In this document: piece by piece, positions 16,519 through 20,907 of the stretch
Numbering within the stretch: the stretch's first letter is position 1
Layout of the letters: the number at the start of each line of letters is the position of its first letter
NCBI GenBank assembly: GCA_937899865.1
Contig: CALBRH010000040.1
Coordinates: 1 to 20,907, forward strand
Reading direction: 5' to 3'
DNA: 20,907 bases
Source: an uncultured euryarchaeote
GTDB lineage: Archaea > Thermoplasmatota > Poseidoniia > Poseidoniales > Poseidoniaceae
Program-made: the position numbers and the translations under genes
Notes under the pieces: model-generated
Database searches by the model: none
Told to the model about the DNA's origin: nothing
Seen by the model: only the letters and a program-made list of their open reading frames with translations

Positions 16519-17538
16519 ATGGCGCAAAGTAATGCCAACCCATGGGCAATGCGTGTTGGAATTGCTGGGTTGGTCTTTTTGCTACTTGGTGCAGTCGCGA
16601 TTTTTTCTAATATGGATCAAATAGATGAAGCGTCAAGTCCAAAGAAAATCAATGAAGCAGCAATTACTGGCGGTGGCGCTAAAACTGTAGATTTAACCAA
16701 CAGTTGCTATTCGGCAGTTATCATTTCAGATGATATCACAAATGTCAGCCTGCTAAAAATGAGTGGTTCAAATATCGCTGACGAAGCTATTGAATCAAGT
16801 AATTGCAAGACTGATTGGACGCCAATGGATTCTGATGGAAGTAGATTTACCATTATCAAAGAATGGGACATTACGGAAAAAGGTGAATATGTACTTGAGG
16901 TAGAATGTGAATCAAATTGTGACAATTCTACACTTTGGTTAGTTGATGCTACCAGCGCACAATGGAAACTATTGGAACAGCCTGCATTGGTTTTTGGCGG
17001 AGCAATGTGCTGTATCGGAATCGCTTTCCTACCGTTTGCTTTCATCCTTTACCTATCAAATAAGAATTCTAATGGACCCAAAGTTATGATGGTTGGTGCT
17101 AATGGACAAGTTATACCCATCACAGATTTAACTCCCGAAAATATAGCAAATATTCAACAACAGCAAGCAGAAAAGGTAGATAACCCATTTGCAGATACTG
17201 GAATAGATAAATCTGAAGAATTCATTGATGGCAGAGAAGATGTTCAAAATGGCACATTGCTAACTACTGAACAGGTATTTGCTTTGATGAAAGGCGATGT
17301 CGATGAAGCTCAAAATAGAATTGCAGATCCATTCGCTGACTATAATACCCTGCGTCAACCTGAGGCTGAAAAGAAAATTACCAATACAAAAGAAATTTCA
17401 TCATGGGATGAAGGTGGAAGTGTTGAATCAACTAAAACATCTAACGAAAGTGATTCAAAGAAAAATGTTAAACAGAAAATTTCGCCTAAAAAATCAGAGT
17501 CGAAACCTAATGCATGGAAAGATTGGGATGAAAATTAG
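16519..17538 (+). CDS. Hypothetical membrane protein (2 TM, Cys-containing external domain, acidic disordered tail)
   Basis: Hydrophobic segments VGIAGLVFLLLGAVAIF and ALVFGGAMCCIGIAFLPFAFILYL. Start at ATG 16519 after GAGG; 16492 is possible. Confidence 0.8.
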   Translation: MAQSNANPWAMRVGIAGLVFLLLGAVAIFSNMDQIDEASSPKKINEAAITGGGAKTVDLTNSCYSAVIISDDITNVSLLKMSGSNIADEAIESSNCKTDWTPMDSDGSRFTIIKEWDITEKGEYVLEVECESNCDNSTLWLVDATSAQWKLLEQPALVFGGAMCCIGIAFLPFAFILYLSNKNSNGPKVMMVGANGQVIPITDLTPENIANIQQQQAEKVDNPFADTGIDKSEEFIDGREDVQNGTLLTTEQVFALMKGDVDEAQNRIADPFADYNTLRQPEAEKKITNTKEISSWDEGGSVESTKTSNESDSKKNVKQKISPKKSESKPNAWKDWDEN

Positions 17539-17546
17539 GTGATGAT

Positions 17547-18122
17547 ATGAAAAAATATATTTTTATTTCAATGACAATTATTGGAGTTTTAATGATTATT
17601 TTTTCATCTTTGGGTATCACACAAGAGCTCAATGATGCTGATACGGTTGATGCAATGTTGCCACCTTGTACTGTAGAAGATGGATTACCATTTGTTGGAG
17701 AAGATGATGTTACTTGTTATTGGGGCATGTCTGCAGAAATTCTAGAAATCCCAGCCGAAGCTATTGCTGCAAATGTTGATGTAGAAATTTCTTGGGTCAA
17801 ATCCGGTGTATGGATTGGTATTGCTGAAGCGAGTGAAGCGGATAATTGCGAATTAAAAGGTGATTATTATGAGTGCGAAAAAGATTCTGTAAACATGATT
17901 GCTGGTGGCCCCTCTTCTAACGGTGAGATCACTTGGCAACCGGTGCCGGGCGAGTATCGGTTTGTTGCCGGAGGGGATGATTCTCAAACAATGCAGCAGT
18001 TTGATGTGGATTGGAATTATCAAGCTTCGCTAAAGTCTACATTAGCTATTTCTTTCCTTGTTATCGGACTGATTTTTGCCATATCTGGCACAGCATTGTG
18101 GTATAAAATATCAAAACGATGA
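17547..18122 (+). CDS. Hypothetical secreted/membrane-anchored protein
   Basis: MKK plus hydrophobic signal/TM, an acidic beta-rich domain with 4 Cys, and a C-terminal TM followed by KISKR. SD AGGTGAT at 17537-17543. Confidence 0.8.
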   Translation: MKKYIFISMTIIGVLMIIFSSLGITQELNDADTVDAMLPPCTVEDGLPFVGEDDVTCYWGMSAEILEIPAEAIAANVDVEISWVKSGVWIGIAEASEADNCELKGDYYECEKDSVNMIAGGPSSNGEITWQPVPGEYRFVAGGDDSQTMQQFDVDWNYQASLKSTLAISFLVIGLIFAISGTALWYKISKR

Positions 18123-18128
18123 TTTGAA

Positions 18129-18152
18129 AAGGTTCATCAATTAGTGAACCTT
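18129..18152. promoter_or_regulatory. Perfect inverted repeat, candidate operator
   Basis: AAGGTTCA-N8-TGAACCTT ending 12 nt before the regulator ATG. Confidence 0.55.
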
Positions 18153-18164
18153 AGGTTGAGCAAT

Positions 18165-18911
18165 ATGGCCGACATTGACCAAGCACTGTGGCTTTTACAA
18201 AATAAAGTTCGTAGACAAATTCTCGAGAGATTGGTGAGAGAACCTCATTATCCAATGCAATTAGCAGAATTAATTGGTGTAAGCCAACAAGCGATTAAAA
18301 AACATCTCAAAGAATTAGAAAATGGTAATTTCGTTACCAAATTAAAAGTTCCAAGTGAAAAGGGTGGCCCACCTAGAACAATTTATACCGTTCAACAAGC
18401 AATATCGATTAGAATTGATTTAGGCCCTGATTTATTTAATTGTGAGCAAAGAAAACTTCCATCTGGTGGCCCAATGAGGCTGTCTAGTAAACTTCCAGAA
18501 GCAACACATTCGGTTGCTGAGATGGTAAGTGGAAGAAAGCGTATTTCAGTTAGTGAAGGAGTTGGACACTTATCGGAATTGAATCGAGTTATTGAGCAAT
18601 TAGATAACGAAAGAGATGCTCTTATTTCATTGCATCAACATATTCGTAATCGTATTTCACAAGGAGTTGACAGTGATTTTCAGCAATATGAAGAACGAGC
18701 CATGATACATTCGATTATTGAAGCGCCAGAAAAGCGACTAGATCTAAACTTGCTAAGCAAAGAATTGCAATTAGGACAACGCCAAATGTCTGAATTGTTA
18801 GAAGAAGTGCGCTCTAAATTACAACGCCAAATTTCTCAAAGAGCTGGCCACATTATTGCAACACCTGAAAACTCTGACCTATACTGGTGGCTTGGAGATT
18901 ACAAGAAATAA
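18165..18911 (+). CDS. ArsR-type winged-helix transcriptional regulator (archaeal long form)
   Basis: LQNKVRRQILERL, YPMQLAELIGVSQQAIKKHLKELE, GGPPRTIY, a coiled coil, and a possible second HTH near the C-terminus. ATG 18165. Confidence 0.88.
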   Translation: MADIDQALWLLQNKVRRQILERLVREPHYPMQLAELIGVSQQAIKKHLKELENGNFVTKLKVPSEKGGPPRTIYTVQQAISIRIDLGPDLFNCEQRKLPSGGPMRLSSKLPEATHSVAEMVSGRKRISVSEGVGHLSELNRVIEQLDNERDALISLHQHIRNRISQGVDSDFQQYEERAMIHSIIEAPEKRLDLNLLSKELQLGQRQMSELLEEVRSKLQRQISQRAGHIIATPENSDLYWWLGDYKK

Positions 18912-18922
18912 TCCCGGTTATC

Positions 18923-20907
18923 TCAGTCTTCTGAACCTAAAACAGATGATAGTGAAGATTGTTCAGCAATTCGCTTCTTAACTTCCTCTCTTCTTGCTTT
19001 ACCTACAAAGTAAACCACTCCAAGTAGAGAGAGTGTTAGTAGAATAACCACAAATGGTAATGCGGTCTTAGCAACTATTTGACCTGCGACGTCAAAGAAC
19101 GGACTTGGCGATTCTAGCGGTTCAGATACTGCTTTGATATTGTTGTTTTCGCTTGCTTCAACAATTTCATTCATTGGATCAACTACAACATATACTCCTT
19201 TACTTCCAGCAACGACCGGATATAGTAGATATATCTCAATTTCTTTGGCATCTTCTGACGCATCTGGAGCTAGTAGTGCACCTACAACTTGGCGCATTAC
19301 TATACTATCTTCATCACAACCATTATTCTTGATGTCATTGATTATAGATTGACTGTTAACATCATTATATTGGCATAAAACGATTTCAATATCAGTTGCA
19401 TGTGTATTTCCTACATTTTGTAAAGTTATACCAATAGGAATTGTAGAATCGATTTCAGCACTATATTGAGACACAATAATTTCTTTAATGACCAAATCTG
19501 GTGCCTTTAGATTTAAGATAACAATAAATTCGTTACTGTCTAAATTTTCTCCTTGCCATGATGGTGATGAATCATAATCGCCACCTTCTGTCATATCGCC
19601 AGCAATTGATGCTACCTTCAATCCGACACTACGAGTATTCAATTTAGCAGTAGGTGAAATCTTTACTACCGCAACCATTTCAATTGTCTGATAAGGTGCC
19701 ATTTGTGGCATCATGTAGATATCATCTGCTTCAAGATAAGCACATCTTATTGTGTTCTGCTCTTCAGCTACCATAGCATAAAATGTATCAATTTCTAACT
19801 GGCTAGCATCTGCTGCAGGCATTGGATCAGTAATCACTACACATGGCTCATCAACACTCAAATCATTACTAATTTTCTTAATAGTGCGCCATTCTACTGA
19901 CCAGCCTTCAAGAGAGCCCATTCCAGGCGATTGGGTCCATACCAAATCATTGCCTTGAGTTTCTGCAGTGTGATTGTACAATTTTGGCCAATCTTGGACA
20001 TTGCCATTATTGGTAATGTTGACTGCAAAACTGACAATCTTACCGGGTGCTGAAACTTTGATTGAATTATCGACTGTTGAATCCATAGTAATCTCCATGT
20101 CAAAGAACTCATTGACATATACATACAAGAAATCAATATCTCTCTCTCTAGTAATTCGGTTATCCTCATTTGGATAAGCTTCTTCGGACAATGTCTTGAA
20201 TTCAACCACATATAATCCTGCCCCGATATCAAACTCAGGAATATTCATCAATACATCGAATGTTTGATCAGAGTCACGATCTAATTCTTCCAAACTTTCT
20301 CTTGGGATTGTAATGTCCCAATGGCCTGTTCTTACTGGAATTCCGCTCGGATCAATCACTGTTGTTAGGCGGAAATCAAACCTGTCCGGACCGTTTCCAT
20401 TATTGGTTGTTGTAACAGGCAATACGAGATTCTCTCCTGGATTTACCGCAATAGCAGAGATTGGATTTCCATTTGAGTCTGTAACTGAAACAATTCTATC
20501 AGCATCTCTTTCTATTTCGGTATCCAAACTGTACTCATGAATCACATTTACAGTATATCTTCCCGAATCTGAAACCTTTTGATAACCTTCGAGATTCGCT
20601 TGTAAAGTGAAACTCTTTGAACCAATACTCGCATCTTCAGGAACGCATACATTGACTCTAACCATCCATGTTCGGAAGGTTGTACCAGCATCTAATTTCC
20701 ATTCTATCGGCATACCAAGAGTTGCACTAGATCCTCCTGGTGTTTGTGAGAAATCAATATCCAAAACCCAATTTGATTGACGCCAAGTTGATTCATCGAT
20801 ATCATCTGGTTGAACTTCAGGTGCGCCAGGAGTGCTAAAGATTAGATTCCCAGACTCAAAGTTCTTGGTTACGTCCTGCTCGAATGTGTGGCAATCGCCT
20901 GCTTTAA
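18923..20907 (-). CDS. Large acidic cell-surface protein with Ig-like/CARDB domains and a C-terminal TM anchor (5' end outside window)
   Basis: The frame stays open from TTG 20764 to the window edge (KAGDCHTFEQD...NWVL). PDLVIKEI..QNVGN..VVVDPMNEIVEASENNN is a CARDB signature. C-terminal TM ALPFVVILLTLSLLGVVYFV followed by basic residues. Confidence 0.85.
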   Translation of the reverse strand, partial: KAGDCHTFEQDVTKNFESGNLIFSTPGAPEVQPDDIDESTWRQSNWVLDIDFSQTPGGSSATLGMPIEWKLDAGTTFRTWMVRVNVCVPEDASIGSKSFTLQANLEGYQKVSDSGRYTVNVIHEYSLDTEIERDADRIVSVTDSNGNPISAIAVNPGENLVLPVTTTNNGNGPDRFDFRLTTVIDPSGIPVRTGHWDITIPRESLEELDRDSDQTFDVLMNIPEFDIGAGLYVVEFKTLSEEAYPNEDNRITRERDIDFLYVYVNEFFDMEITMDSTVDNSIKVSAPGKIVSFAVNITNNGNVQDWPKLYNHTAETQGNDLVWTQSPGMGSLEGWSVEWRTIKKISNDLSVDEPCVVITDPMPAADASQLEIDTFYAMVAEEQNTIRCAYLEADDIYMMPQMAPYQTIEMVAVVKISPTAKLNTRSVGLKVASIAGDMTEGGDYDSSPSWQGENLDSNEFIVILNLKAPDLVIKEIIVSQYSAEIDSTIPIGITLQNVGNTHATDIEIVLCQYNDVNSQSIINDIKNNGCDEDSIVMRQVVGALLAPDASEDAKEIEIYLLYPVVAGSKGVYVVVDPMNEIVEASENNNIKAVSEPLESPSPFFDVAGQIVAKTALPFVVILLTLSLLGVVYFVGKARREEVKKRIAEQSSLSSVLGSED

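Noticed and set aside
1-20907. CRISPR array, tRNA/rRNA, transposase, integrase or prophage
   Set aside because: No regularly spaced repeats, cloverleaf, or recombinase motifs were seen, and the intergenic gaps are mostly too short. A tRNAscan/Infernal run would be the formal check.

Overview
Gene-dense, AT-rich (roughly mid/upper-30s % GC by eye) archaeal chromosomal window. TFB, Topo VI A/B, GGTGA/GGAGGTGA Shine-Dalgarno sites and several bacterial-type enzymes (GcvH, RNase HI, GalU-like, fused aconitase) suggest Thermoplasmatota, probably Marine Group II (Poseidoniales); this placement is inferred, not searched. About 23 CDS: three unknown genes, an RmlA-like nucleotidyltransferase / short UDP-glucose dehydrogenase / GtrA cluster, a tandem TerB-like pair, a THEP1 NTPase, gcvH-rnhA, a GalU-like gene, tfb with a HEAT-repeat gene, a domain-permuted aconitase-family fusion with a VTT/DedA protein, top6B-top6A with two membrane proteins, an ArsR-type regulator, and the 3' part of a large CARDB surface protein that runs off the right edge. 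I saw no tRNA, rRNA, CRISPR array or mobile element. The best leads are: a consensus kink-turn in the top6B 5' leader next to the SD; clamp-binding-like QxxLF motifs on the Top6B tail and on an orphan winged-helix protein; a charge-complementary TerB pair; the permuted aconitase with altered active-site residues; and a perfect 8-bp-arm palindrome before the regulator. None of these is shown to be a new system; all need the checks listed.
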